From Podarcis pityusensis (taxonomy: Eukaryota): a stretch of DNA of 64,000 bases. The stretch lies in assembly GCA_964106645.2 (NCBI GenBank), contig OZ067038.1; one strand, 5' to 3'. A program made the position numbers and the translations under genes. Of the stretch, positions 11,898 through 25,079 are shown piece after piece; the first letter of the stretch is position 1; every line of letters begins with the position of its first letter. The notes beneath the pieces were generated by a model that was not told the origin of the DNA, searched no databases, and was given only the letters and a program-made list of their open reading frames with translations.

Positions 11898-12025
11898 GTG
11901 GAATCGGCAGGGTGGTTAATGGTGCATTTATGGTATTGAAAGGTCATCGTTCAATTGTGAATCAGGTCCGATTTAATCCCCACACCTACATGATCTGCTC
12001 CTCAGGTGTGGAAAAGATTATAAAG
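11898..12025 (+). CDS. DCAF5: DCAF5 internal coding exon (exon 8 equivalent): (G)GIGRVVNGAFMVLKGHRSIVNQVRFNPHTYMICSSGVEKIIK
   Basis: tgtttttttccAG acceptor and AAG|GTGAGC donor. 128 nt, phase 1 to 0. Carries the WD40 LKGH..IVNQVRF motif. Confidence 0.96.
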
Positions 12026-15000
12026 GTGAGCCCTTTTCCTCCGCTTTGCCGTGGCTGTTGAGTATCCTCTTCTCAGATCTTAAAGTAAATGAAACTTCTT
12101 TTGAATGTGTAAACGTTTCCTTGCTCGTTCTCTGTGATGCGTGTTCTTAAGCAGAACAGTTGGTTGCTATGATCATGCAGGACTTGTGTTCTTTGCTAGA
12201 ATGTGCTTCATATTCTTCATTTATTGGGGAATACAAGTTAAGGCAGCCACACACACCAGCAAATGGCATGTTTAATATAACTGCACTAATCAAAGCTAGT
12301 ACAGTCGAGACACCCACACACTTTATCCCCCTCAGTGAGAACCAAACTAGATAAAATGTTGGCAGCCTGCTCATGTCTCCCACATATTTGGGTTTTGTGG
12401 GGGGTTGCTTGTTTACTGAAATGCAGCCATGGAAGGGGGGCGCTGAAAACTTGATCAAGGAAACAAAGGGTTTTCTTGAGCCGATTATTATAATATTTAT
12501 TCATACCTTGCTTTTCCCCTTATAGGTTTCTAAAGTGGCTTACAGATAAAAACATGACTCACTAAAAACATTTTTAAAAAACCAATTAAACATCAATAGA
12601 ATTAAAACTATATACATATATGAAATCTGTTTAGAACATAACAAATAATTGCAATAAAAACCACAAATGAGTTGTCCAAGGCATTTAAGCAGTTGTCTTT
12701 TATCAAGAGCAGCAACTGTATTGAGGGGTGCTTTTTGAGAGAAAGCATGTCCACTCAGGGAGGCCCTCTTCATAGAGGAGGCTTTTTCATTGTCCATGGA
12801 TGAATACATGCCCTTGGAGGCCTTCCCTGACACCTGCAGGGTCCCATCCTCCCACCCCTTCCCTGCTGAAATTTGGCTTGGGAAAGTTTAACTTTTGCTC
12901 CCCAGCTGCACACTCTGGGTTGGTCACCCTCACTTAAGCTTAGTGGGGAGCAAAAGGGCGTTCCCAGGGCTAAATACTGGCAGGGTGAAGGGAATGAGTC
13001 TACACCCATGTGCATAGTTGTGGGATGTACATGGTGCTCCCAATAGTTTCTCCACTTTGTAAATATGTCCATAGCTGGCGCCCCCTGTTCTGTGGGTAAA
13101 TAACCCTTAAGATCTGAAACAACACTCAGCTTCTCCAGATGTTCATGCAAGACACAGTTGTAAGGAGTGATAACTTGATAAATATTTATGAAAATAGTAG
13201 ATGGTCTGAAATGTTTAATTGCTTGAAACACTCTCAGAGGCTACTGCCTGTGCGGCAGTGAGGTTATCGGAGTTGGGTGCAAACCACGACATGAGCTGTT
13301 TTGGGGATGGTGCACATACTTGGTTTTGGTTCTACCACAGAACACGTTGGCCGCATTTGCGTCGCCTTCCTTCAAATCCAGGATTTTACCCATTCTAAAC
13401 GCCGAACAAACCTGTGAAGTAGCCATTTAGCTGGGAGAGAGGGAGTTTCATGGGTGGAGAGGGGCTTGAAACTCACTCTTCCTGGTCCAAGTCCCAACTC
13501 CCTTGTTGCTGCACCACACTGGCTCACTGACGTTGAGCTGAACCCTTGAGTAGATCGTCTTGTGCTCTTTTATGTATATACAGGTGCCCTGCAGGCTTAG
13601 AAAGCAGGTTCAAGTAGATTTAATTCTACGCCTGTTCTGTTTTCAACCATCCGCTGAAGAGCTTTGTAAATGTCTTTAGGGCAGATGGCAGTAATTGAGG
13701 TATATCATGTAAACACTTTAGTCAGTTGCACATTGACTGACTGACTGTAACCCTGTTGGCCATTTACAAGCTGGGGGTCATGGCTGGCCCAAATCCTGCC
13801 AGCATGGTCCACTGCCTGTCTGCATAATACAGTACCAAGAATCTATATTCAGTCAGTGTCTCTGGCTTGCTCTTTGAGTTTGCTACTGCTTTCTCACCCT
13901 ATTCTCCAGATACTAATGCATATTTAAAAAGGGATATATCTGGCAGCAGCACAAGCAAGGATTTTAATTACACTGTGTTGTATACCATTGAAATGCCTTG
14001 CTTCTTGTTTTCGAGACGTCTGCCCTAACTGTATTTACACCAGTTTCTGCCAAACGGGTATACAGTACGCATAGACTTAATTGGTTCAGTTTGAAGCCTC
14101 TTGTGAAATTTGGGTGTAATAACCAATGAAGCTCTGAATCTTTCCTGGGTGACGGTACTTGGTCTGTTGGATTAATGTATGTATATAAACAGCCCCTGTG
14201 TTGCTTTTGTTGCACTTACATTTTGGGGGGGGGGGTAGTGATTCAGTTAAGTGTCTTTTTCAAGAGCTCTCCCAACCTGAAAGGTTGTGGTGCTTGAATG
14301 CCTCTGGAAAAGAGAATTCATGTTAGATCATAGGTTCAGCATGTGTATTTGTGAAACATGCCTATCTTTTCTAATGTACAAGCTTAAAACTAATTATGAG
14401 GAAGAAATATTGATGTATGTAACTGCCATGCTGGAACTCCAGTTTTTCTGTGCCTTGTTCTCATTTTTGCAAGACAACCTATTTTGGGACAAGAATGGCT
14501 CAGCTTCAGATTGCTCGCACCTAAGCTCATATCCTACGATCACACATTGTAGGCCAGCCTTGTGAGCCCCTTATAGACTTTCCCGCCTGTTCAGATCAAA
14601 ATGTGAGGCCCTGCACTGGAATTTTCACCTGGGTAAGGTTGAATTGGCAGGAACCCAACAGAGCAATTCTTTGCAAGGGCTCCCAATTTTAATAACCCTT
14701 CAGAAAGCTGATCTATCTGGCTCCTAAATCCTTAGAGGGGTTGCCAAAACTTGGCCTTGAGAGTAATTTGAGAGGTGGATGAGCGGGTGTGGACAGCTGC
14801 TGATGACTTTTCTGTTTTGGCGTGTTATGAATTAAAGTAAATTTAAAATCCAGCTTTATTTGAATTGTTAGCATGGCTTGATGACAGAGTAATTTTGTGT
14901 AAAGTTTTTATGTGGACGATAGCCTTTGAGAAGAGACTTTAAACTAAATGGAGATTATGAAGCAACGCCATGATTCAGAGAGAACATAATGGTGAGTCAA

Positions 15001-17292
15001 AGGAGGAGACTGCAGAAAAGCTTACTTGGCAGGCAGATGTTGCTCTGCAAGCGGTAGAAAGGTAGAGTTGTGTACACTATTGAGAGAAACTGACTGAAGT
15101 CTGTAGAGGGCTTGACAGCAGGAGGGCAGTGTTGAACTGAATATTGATGGTAGTGGCAACTTGTCAAACTGTGTGGGAGGGAAAGTTGTAAGGTATTGCT
15201 GATTTATACTTTAATGAAAATTGAAATGCACTACTATGTAAGAGATGGAAGGTTTTTTCAGCCATGTTTCTATGGAGACAACCATAGAGACAAGCCACTA
15301 TCTGTCTCTTGCTTTTATAGGATAATTTGATGTAGCACACCTAATTATATACACTTGCAGCAAAATCATAATTTAGCCTACCTGAACACAGCATAAAATA
15401 TCTTGCTGGCATGTGACTTAACCTGACATCTCTGAAAGGTCACCTTCCTGCATGTAAAAGGAGTCTGAGGCTTTCCTGGCAACTGCAGGTGATAATAAAA
15501 AAGGTTGCTCCTTTGAAGGGCTTTGCTTACTTCTCAACTTCTATCCCAACTCTAAAATCTTCCCAAAGAGTAGCTGTGTTCATCTCTTGCAACAAAAAAC
15601 AATCAGTCTTGTGTCTCTTGTGTCTCCTTCAATACGAATGCATATATCGTGACATAAGCTTTCAGGGACTCAAGCCCACTTGTCAGATGCATGAAGTGAA
15701 ATCTTAGTTGGCAGGTAAACAAAGGAGAAAATGGTACGGTGGGAGTCATGTCTATCTTGTTACATTCTTTGGTAGTAAGTGCCTTTACAAGGATTTCTTC
15801 TGTAAAGTCATGTTTTTAGGATTCAGGTTTTCAAAGTGGGTGTGGGGACTAGGCTTGAGGATGGTATGAAAGAATGGAGTGAAGGAAGGGTGTGAAGTTC
15901 CTGACTTTATTTTCAAATAATTGAAGGGGAAATTCAATAGCCATTAAATTTTCTCCCTTTTGATTACTGCCTAACCTGTTCTTTGGTTTTGATATTACCG
16001 GTATCTTTCTAACCCAAACTTTTCTACAGATGCATGAGAACTAATGACTTGTATGTATTTTTTTTCCCCTTACTGACATTTGGAATCTCCCCAGATTCCA
16101 CATTCATGTTGTGATCCAATGGGTGTTCCTTGCAGGTCTTCCTCAAAGTTGGACTATTCCGTTATTATGCAGAATTAAAATAGGAACAACCTCCGCGTGT
16201 CTGTACTTTTTGTTCTGGGGGAAGTAATTTGAGGGAGGCATTTCTGAATTCAGCTGCTTACTGAACTGGTTCCTTTAAAGGACTGTTAAGAGGACCTATC
16301 AGGACTCAGCAGGACTCAGACCCAGTCACAAATATCCCCTTCTTGGGCAAGGTGATTAAAAGCATGGTGGTGGTCCAGCTTTAAGCCTGTGCGAAGGAAG
16401 CTGAGCATCTGGACCCAATTCATTCTGGCTCCAGGCCTCTTCATTGTACTGAAACTGCTTTGGGTGCCTTGTCTGATGACTTTTGTTGAGAGAGAAGGGG
16501 AATGCAACCCTGTGCATTCTCTTTGACTTCTCTGACTTTTGGTAGTGATGACTATGGAATTCTTCTGGACTGACTGGGGGGGGCACCATTTTACTGGGGT
16601 TCTGTTCCTACCTCCAGGGTCAGTTCCAGAAAGGAGCAATTGGGGGAGGGCTGTTACTTGAAACCCTGGGAATTGACCTGTGGAATTCTGCAGGGGTCCA
16701 TTCTATTGTCCATCCTGTTGTTTACTTGGCCTGGCCCCTTGGGGTGAAAGGCTGATAATAAATAGCAGAACTAAAATAAGATAAATATGTAGAGCACGTC
16801 TCTCGAAGGCCCCAACCCACAACTTAGGTGAGGGCTAGATGAAGGTGGGGAGGTAGGGCCTGCTACAGAAGGGCTGGCAAGCAATTAATTTTTTTAAGAA
16901 GCGGATTAGGATAAATGGGCATTACCTCCAAGCCCTACTATGCTGTTTACCTCCCATGTGCATAGATCTGCTAGCAAAAGAGGATGGATCATGTCTGCTG
17001 TTGGTGATTAAATGAGCACAGAGGTACACTAACAGGCATGATCATCCTCTTTTGTAAGCACAGCCTTCTGCCTGGGAGGTGAATGGTGTCAGGTGGTTCT
17101 GATCATCTGTGCTAATTCAACCATATAATTGTCTTTTAGTGCTAGCCTAGGTGTATTTTTAAGAAATACTTGGTAGGACAGCAAAATTCTAAGCACCCCC
17201 ATCAGCCTCATAGGCATACATGATTGGAAATGGCTGCACTGCTGTTATCATGGCATTTGAGTATAGGGGAACCAACAACAACAACAACTGCT

Positions 17293-17390
17293 ATTTTATT
17301 ACTTCTACCCCACCCATCTGACTGGGTTGCCCCAATCACTCTGGACATCTTCCAACAAAATATAAAAGCACTGTAAGACACCAAACATTA
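17293..17390 (-). mobile_element. L2 LINE 3' tail fragment
   Basis: cccacccatctgactgggttgccccaatcactctgg is homologous to the L2 tails at 41812 and 62450. Confidence 0.6.
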
Positions 17391-17883
17391 TAGATGTTCA
17401 GCTTACATTGTGCAGCCATCCACAACTGCTGAGATGCTGAACCATGCAACTTATTGAAACACCACAACACGTCTCTAAAACAAGCTCTAGCTTTAGTTTC
17501 CTGGGAAACAAATGCCTTCCTTACTGCCTAGACTTTTATTCAGAAAGCAACCTAGTATTCTTACCACCTCCTTTCTCTCTCTCCCCCCCCCCCCCACTTG
17601 TAAACACCTATTAGATAAAAATAGAGTTCTGCAGTCTGGCGTTCATTTCATTTCAAGCTGGAAGCATTTTATGAGTTGTGAATCCTCAAGTGTAGGTGGG
17701 GAAACATTTTGCACGTGAAATGGAACATCTTTGTGAAACTGAGTAAAAAGAATGGTTCTTTAAGATCAGCTACACCAATAGTCTTGCAAAATGATATAGG
17801 TATATCAGTAGGCTGCTGAAAAGCCTTAAAATAGCAACCGGGTGATATATATAAAGCAACACTTCTTTTTATTCTTTTTACAG

Positions 17884-19665
17884 ATCTGGAGTCCTTACCG
17901 GCAGCCTGGTTGCACAGGAGATCTGGATGGTAAAATCGAGGACGATTCCCGTTGTCTGTACACACATGAAGAGTACATTAGCCTTGTGCTAAACAGTGGC
18001 AGTGGCCTGTCTCATGACTATGCCAATCAGTCAGTCCAAGAGGATCCACGGATGATGGCCTTTTTTGACTCCTTGGTCCGTCGAGAGATTGAGGGGTGGA
18101 GCTCTGATTCCGACAGTGACCTTAGTGAAAGCACAATCCTGCAGCTCCATGCCGGAGTAAGCGAGCGTTCAGGGTATAGTGAGTCTGAGTCCTCCACATC
18201 TCTGCATCACTCCCCACCTCACATGACGGAAGAATCTGATGAAGCTGCCTATAACTTGGGAACCTTGAGATCTACCGAATCTCCACCAGCCAGAGAAGCT
18301 GTGGCTTCTCGCCAGCAACGTTTGTCTGCACTGAGGAGGTACCAAGACAAGCGTCTCTTGGCCCTTTCTAATGAGTCTGATTCTGATGAAAATACTTGTG
18401 AGACGGAGCTAGATGCTGATCTCTTCCCAAGGCCCAGGTCCCCAAGCCCCGAAGAGAATGACTCGAGCAGCTCCAGCAGCAGCAGCAGCACAGAAGATGA
18501 CGAGGAACTGAATGAGCGCCGTGCCTCAACCCGGCAACGCAACGCACTAAGGCGCAGGCAGAAGCCACAAAAGGAAGAAAGGACTAATGCAAATGCCAGC
18601 ACAGAAAACACAAGTACCTACTTAGGCGAAGACCTCTATGATTATCCCCAGATCAAAGTGGATGACCTCTCCCCTTCTCCAGCCTCATCTCCCGAAAGGA
18701 GTACTGCAAATACTGAGGTCCGCAAAGAGAAGGTCTCTCCTTGCTCAGAAAGTGAATCTGTAGACAGGAAGATCTACAAAGCTTTCAGGTGGCTCCACTA
18801 TTCTTATATGTCTTATGCAGCTAACAAAGATGGCGAAACTTCGCATGGAGGTGGTGAAAGTGAAGGGAGACCTGGAACGAGCAGAAAAACCCAAGGTGGG
18901 CAGGATCCCTCTACTGAAAACCGCAACAAGGAAACCTTCAAGGAACGTAGCTCGGCAGAAAATTCTAGAAATGGTCAAGATCATGAATGCGATAATCAGC
19001 GGCAGCTGGAGGATCAAGAGAACGTCACCCAAGGGAACGGAAACAGTGGGACTGTGGAGCATTCGTTTGAGATGAAGAAGCTCAATGGAAAAGCCACATG
19101 CAAAGGCCGAAGTAGTTGCACTGAAGAGCCACGCAGCCAGCCTGCAGGATTTGTGGAGCAGAAAAGTAACCAGAATTGTCAACCTGCCCCCAGCCACAAC
19201 CCACTGGTTGTCTCGAAGGATTCATTTTCCACCGCTGCCACCTGTAGTGGATCTGGAAATTACTCTAGAAACCCAACAGATGACAATGAGGACAGGAACA
19301 CGGACAATTCCTGTGCAAACCACAATAATGGTCACTTGCACCCTCGCTCTTCTTACCTTAGTAACGGACAGAGTTTTGGAGAGCAGGAGGCTGTGGCTCA
19401 AGGAAGACAATTACACTTAAATGCTGATAATGGCAGCCTTGTGCAGACATGCACATCCTTGCACAAGGAATGCAGCCTGTCTGCAACAGACTCTCCCAGT
19501 CACACCGTGAGCACGAAAGAGGAAGCTGCCGAGTTGCATCTTCCAGGCAGTGATGGCTCGCAGATCCGTGGGCGACAGAAAAGGCATAGAACAGAGTTTG
19601 AAGACACAGATTCTGAGAAGTCTTCCTCAGAAAAGAAGTTAAAAACACACGCAGCCTGGGTTTGA
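17884..19665 (+). CDS. DCAF5: DCAF5 terminal coding exon (exon 9 equivalent): IWSPY... long acidic/Ser-rich disordered tail ...EKKLKTHAAWV*
   Basis: ttctttttattctttttacAG acceptor at 17882-17883; open frame to TGA 19663-19665. IW completes the last WD repeat. DCAF5 motifs QEDPRMMAFFDSLVRREIEGWSSDSDSDLSE, SRQQRLSALRRYQDKRLLALS and YDYPQIKVDDLS are present. Confidence 0.97.
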   Translation: MWSPYRQPGCTGDLDGKIEDDSRCLYTHEEYISLVLNSGSGLSHDYANQSVQEDPRMMAFFDSLVRREIEGWSSDSDSDLSESTILQLHAGVSERSGYSESESSTSLHHSPPHMTEESDEAAYNLGTLRSTESPPAREAVASRQQRLSALRRYQDKRLLALSNESDSDENTCETELDADLFPRPRSPSPEENDSSSSSSSSSTEDDEELNERRASTRQRNALRRRQKPQKEERTNANASTENTSTYLGEDLYDYPQIKVDDLSPSPASSPERSTANTEVRKEKVSPCSESESVDRKIYKAFRWLHYSYMSYAANKDGETSHGGGESEGRPGTSRKTQGGQDPSTENRNKETFKERSSAENSRNGQDHECDNQRQLEDQENVTQGNGNSGTVEHSFEMKKLNGKATCKGRSSCTEEPRSQPAGFVEQKSNQNCQPAPSHNPLVVSKDSFSTAATCSGSGNYSRNPTDDNEDRNTDNSCANHNNGHLHPRSSYLSNGQSFGEQEAVAQGRQLHLNADNGSLVQTCTSLHKECSLSATDSPSHTVSTKEEAAELHLPGSDGSQIRGRQKRHRTEFEDTDSEKSSSEKKLKTHAAWV

Positions 19666-21677
19666 AATGTCACATTTCCAGTTCTCCATTCCATTCTCCA
19701 GTGGGTCTATTTTAAATTGCCAGGGGCTATGTTGTATAAAAAAAATCTAATCAACCTTTAAAATGAGACTGAGTATAGTGTACCCTTACAAGGTTCTGTT
19801 CAAGTAAATCCTTATTCAGACAGTTGACTTATTCTCGTGTGATGTGTGGTGTTTGTTCAGCTAGCTACCTAACGTGGCTATTGTAAATCTTACTCTTCTG
19901 AAAAGAATTATTTGCGTGTTGATACTGTGGGTTTTATAGCCTCATTGACTTGAGTGATAGGCAACTGACATCTATGACTGATGCTTCTGGGGTGTTTTTC
20001 TGCACATGAAAATGGGAGCAAATTGGGTGCAGCCTTCTAACCCTCTCCCATGCTTCTGAAGTCTTAAAGAAGAGTGACTGTTTGATTTGGTGGAAGCATT
20101 CTCATGGTTTATGTATGTAAAGTAACATCACACAGCTGTTTGTACTTAAAGTAATCCAATTACTCATTCAAGAAGCAGGAGATGGTTTTGTTTGAAACTG
20201 TTAAGGTAGTATCCAGAATGACCTTGCTCTTTTTCCTTCTTCTAAAGTTAAGCCTCTCCTCCCACAAAGTAGCCATATTTGTCATTGGATTAGAACGTAG
20301 ACTCCACTCCAATTGAAATTCACTAGAGGTATAATCTGGAAGCACTGCTGTACTTCCCATGGCTTCATTTGCTGTCCCTAAGCTATTACCTGATTTACAA
20401 AATAACTTGCAGGAAAGCTACACGAAATCTTGTATGTAGCTACAACTCTTGTGTCTGCATGAAACTGGTGATACAGTCCAGGAAAGATGGTTAGTGTAAC
20501 TCGGAGGAGAAAAATGCATATTGATGTACCTAACAAGCTAACTGTGAGCGTAAACTGAATCTTGAGACCCGGTTCTCTCTTCTTTTCTTTTCCTTTTTTA
20601 AAATAATTGATCTTCTTTGGAACAGTAGGCTGACTTTAGAGACCCTGGTTTTACAAGTCCTGCACTACTGTTCAAAAGGTGCAGATTGATGTATGGTTTC
20701 CAATTAAACAAATATTTTTGTGTGTATTGACTATCTTGTTTTTTATGGTAAACCATAACATTGGTATATATTTTTGTAATACAATAGTTATACACTGGAG
20801 AGGGAATGGCCTTGCAGTTCAACACTTGACACTGGTAAATTCTTCTGGGATTCCAAGTAAACAGAAATGTTAATCAGCCAATTTCCGTACGTTACCTGCA
20901 GAGTTTTTAATAATGGTGGCTGGCACAACCGTACTCAACAGGGTGGGGGATGGGGGGAGGGGTTCCCCTAGATGCTGTTACGATTTGTGCTCTGCTTTTG
21001 GGTGGTTTGCCTGTCCCTTCCCACCTTACAAAGTAGGTTGGTAGGTGCCAGCCCTACTGCTGTGTCCTTTAGTGTTAGCTGGAGCTCTTTTCCTCTAATA
21101 CTTCACTGCTTATAGCGTGTCTTAATGATTTTGTGTGATTTTGGAAAGTCAAATATGGATTAAGGAGGGGTGGGAAGGGAAGATTTTCAGTAGGAGTCCT
21201 ACTCCACACATGTTTAAGATCTCTTCCCTTTGGTCTCTTCCTGATTTTTGTACATATTGAGCCATTTATGAAATGGGCACCTATACAAATGTGAAGGAAC
21301 TAATCAACTTTATACCACAAAACAAACAGCCATCTACTTTGCAGCCTAGTTCTATGCATCTTTAGTCAGAAGCAAGCTCCACTGAGTACATCTGGACTTA
21401 GTGTTGCATCTAACAAGGGCATCCCATTTGTGCAAAGACTTCTGTGCTTCCCCTCTCATGCTCCCCAAATATGCTCTGGTGGTACCCCAATACTGAAGAG
21501 CAGATTGGGCAAGGGAGGGGAAGGTTTGTTGGGCAAGCAGAAGTCCTTGCAACAACGGGACCACTTCATTGGGTACTGCCCTTAGTCCCACATAAGTTTG
21601 TGTAGGATTGCTGGCATAGTTTGCTGCACAAGATTTAGGATGGCTGTGTGAAATATTGTACTGAAGTGACTCTTACC

Positions 21678-21878
21678 CAGGGCTTTCCAAACTAAGTACA
21701 TGAACCAGAGTTTCATTCAAGAGACCCACAAAAGCTCTCTTAAAAATACAATTAAAAACCATACAGCACCTGGCACGGCACATTACAATTACTACAACCG
21801 GTAGTGGTGGGGAATCATTAAGTGGCACCAGTATCCTCAGCAATATTCAAGTTTGGGGGGGGCGGTTTGGGAACACTG
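21678..21878. mobile_element. hAT-type MITE within the putative DCAF5 3'UTR
   Basis: Termini CAGGGCTTTCCAAAC / GTTTGGGAACACTG. Partial TSD (tctta). Confidence 0.55.
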
Positions 21879-24800
21879 TCTTAAACAATAAATATAAAAA
21901 TAAAATGCTAAGCATTGTGGCGGAGCATCACTAGTGCTGAAACTGCTTGAGCCTTCTCTTGGAATTTGAGGAGTTCTCCACGTTCCTTGGATCATCACTT
22001 GCTAGGGGATTCTTCTAATAGAAGCATCCTGCATTGCCGGGTCAGTGTTTTAGAACCAACCCAAAAATGACAGAATGAGGTGCCCTGTTGTGTAGTACTT
22101 TGCACAATTTTCCTTTGTGTATATTGTATGCTACTGTGTCAGTGGTTAAAGGGTGGGGGCAGTCATTAATTTGGGGGGCCTTTTTAACGATGAATGAAAA
22201 GGAAAGTATGTCTCTTGAATCTATTAACTGGTGTTTAGCTTTTCATTCAAAGGGTCTTCTGTAATACACAGCTGCTCAACTAAGCTCTACAGCCCTGGTT
22301 TTGGAAGCGTTGCTTTATGGCTAAGCTTTTACTGGGGAAAGGGAAGGGGGCTACCTTCATGAAATGAAAAGGGGGATTTCAGAAGAACTGGAAGACGAGG
22401 TAAAGGAGATGGAAGAAAATATACTGCCCAAGGGAGAAATGAAAGCCAGAGTGGATATGCTTCAAGTCGAATAACTTGATCTGCTTTACAAATAATTAAT
22501 TAATATTAATCTGATTGTGGTGTGGTGAGTGTGTAAGTGCATTGAGGAGGGAGTTTCTTCATCGCAAAGATTTGAAAAAGCAAATGCTTATGGTTTTGCA
22601 ATTGGAAAGCATTGTGTAATAGCATAATAGTTAGCAGATATATTTTCCTCTCCTGTCACTGTAACTTGAAAGCACAAAACTTGGGGTAAAACTTTTTTGT
22701 GTGTTTTGTAACTTGAACTTACTCATTCTGTAGTTTGGAGCTTTGCAGCTCTTCTCTCCCCCCCCCCCCCCCATTATATCACTTAAACTATTCTCTACAG
22801 GCACATACACTGGTACTCAAAACAGGTGGAGTTGCAGAGCAGCAGCTCCCAAACCCAACCAAGTCAACAAAGACTTTTCCTTGAGGACTATGTTGTCTTG
22901 ACTGTTTCTCCTCTCCACCTCTTATTCCTCATTAGGAGATCTTATAGTAAGGTGCCAAAATTTCATTGACTTGTATCTCCCCAGTAATTTTAAAGGAAAT
23001 GGGAACAAGCTTTGCCATTTAAAAAGCCAGGAAATTACTGAAATTTTTACTTGGAATATAAAATCATGGGTGGTTATGAATCATGTTGACCCGAATTTCT
23101 ATGGTAAAAGGTCACATGGCCCCAGTTGCTAGGACTATAGCACCACCATGCCCATAGATGAGAAATCCCCTCTATCATTTGGCCAGTGGATATTGGGAGA
23201 CATAACACTGAACCAGCTTAATTATGGGTTTGACAGAACACAGCAGTTCTTACATTAAAAAAACAAAACATCAAGCTTTAACTTACAGCTGCATTGATGG
23301 ACCAAATCTGCAATTGATTTAAAGAAGGGTATATTTTTAATAACTGCAGAGTAGTCGTGTATGTGTTGGCTAGTTTGGCTCTGTTATGTTTCTCCTTATG
23401 GGGAACGAAGGATAATACTGCAGATGGCCTTTCCTTCCAATCATAAGTAGCAGCTTTCTGGAATTAAATTCTTTTACTACTTTCAATGTTCTCAAAGACA
23501 CCTTTATATTTTGGTCATAGGTATGCTTGAACACCAGATAATTGTTAATCTAACTGCAGATAGCTCTAGTTTGTGTAAAAATAGATTAAAAATATGCAAT
23601 GTTAACTGCTGCAGAAATATTCAGCAACCATCTGTGATTGATCCAGGGCTCATTTTAGCCATGTGAAAGAAAATACCTTCAGCAAAACTTTTATGGATAT
23701 TGTACAGATGGTTTGAGAGACTTGTTGCAAAACCTAAAATAATAACATAGCTCTCCAAGTTACCTACTTGCACTGTAAATGAGAACCTCTGTTAACCAAA
23801 GATGCTGTAGGAGCATGACATCCTTAATTCTGCTGCAACATAGTTGTGGCTACGTCAAAGTTGTGCAGAATTAAAGACTGCATCTTAGTGCAACTTGCCA
23901 ATTTAAGGTTAGCCTAAGCCAACTTAGACATATTGTATTCATAGGGCATGTTCAAGCCATCCGCAAGGTTGTCACTAGCAATTCATTTATAGAAGGGCTT
24001 TTAAAGAGTTTGAGAGGCCCACTCCTCGAGTCCAAAGACAACTGCCATCAACTGTAATCATGACCATCGTATATTTGTCCTGCCTTTGGGAAGGCTAGCT
24101 ACTGTTCCTCTATGAACTGTTTTCAGTTCTGGGACCTGACTGTAGTGTACCAGACATTGCTTGGTATTCTCCATTTCTCCACTATTAAAATGGCACCCTT
24201 CAGGAAACCTCTGTTTTATTTGATTTTCAGCTAACATTATTACAGAGGAAAGAGAGAGTGATGTGCTTGCATTGTGCAAAGTATGTCCTTCCAATTTCTC
24301 CTCAGTAACCTTGTGAAGCAGGCCAGTGCTGCTACAATTTGATATAGATGGAAATGAGCTGAAAATTAGTGACTTGACTGAGGAGTTTGTGGAAGAACCA
24401 AGTAGAAATGAGTATGTGTTGCCCCAGCATAGACAGAAAAATAGGCAAGATGAATAAACCTTTCCAAGTATCCTACTTGCATATATGTACAACTTGGGCC
24501 TAAATTTGTTTTCATTTGAAATAAATAGATCAAGAGTTGTTATGCAGCCAAACTGGTCTGCAGTCCACTAGGTTTAACTTAACAGACTTGTGCTGGCTAG
24601 AAGCTTATGGCAACATTAACATCTGAAGAGACAGATTCCTCCATATGTTATTTGTTTCTGGAACTTAAAAATGACCCAGCCATGTGTTTGGGGTGAAGCG
24701 TGTGCTAAATTTTCTTTCACTCCAAGAGCTAAATTAATTTCGTGCCAAGTTCTGCTCTTGAAAGCAAGAAAATCGACTCGGCCATAGTGTAGGGGTGTGT

Positions 24801-24962
24801 GGGTTTTTCCCTCTATTCTGAAGAACACAATTATTGGCTTCAAGATTGGAAATTTCTGCTGAAGGCTATATTTTATGGTTTGAATCTAAAGTCATTTTGT
24901 AGCTGAAATCTGCTGAACTGTTGTGGTCTCACTGCAACTGTAATCCTAATTTCAAAAGGTGG

Positions 24963-25079
24963 AATAAATTCAATTTCTGGCAACATGCCATTAGGCCATG
25001 CCCTTCTAAATAAAATTTCACCAACAGTCTCTGAAAAAAGTCTTGGCTTCATACTTTTTTCTCAGTGAATGTCAATAAA
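24963..25079 (+). terminator. Cluster of three AATAAA polyadenylation signals, candidate distal DCAF5 polyA site
   Basis: AATAAA at 24963-24968, 25009-25014 and 25074-25079, with T-rich sequence downstream. Confidence 0.4.

Noticed and set aside
17842-17883. N-terminal MIYIKQHFFLFFLQ of the 607-aa ORF (and similar flanks of ORFs 1953..2324 and 11837..12061)
   Set aside because: These are intronic polypyrimidine tract or read-through beyond splice sites. The true exon limits are given in features.
18249-19694. Several antisense and alternative-frame ORFs over the DCAF5 terminal exon
   Set aside because: Shadow ORFs of a low-complexity coding exon, with no independent signals.
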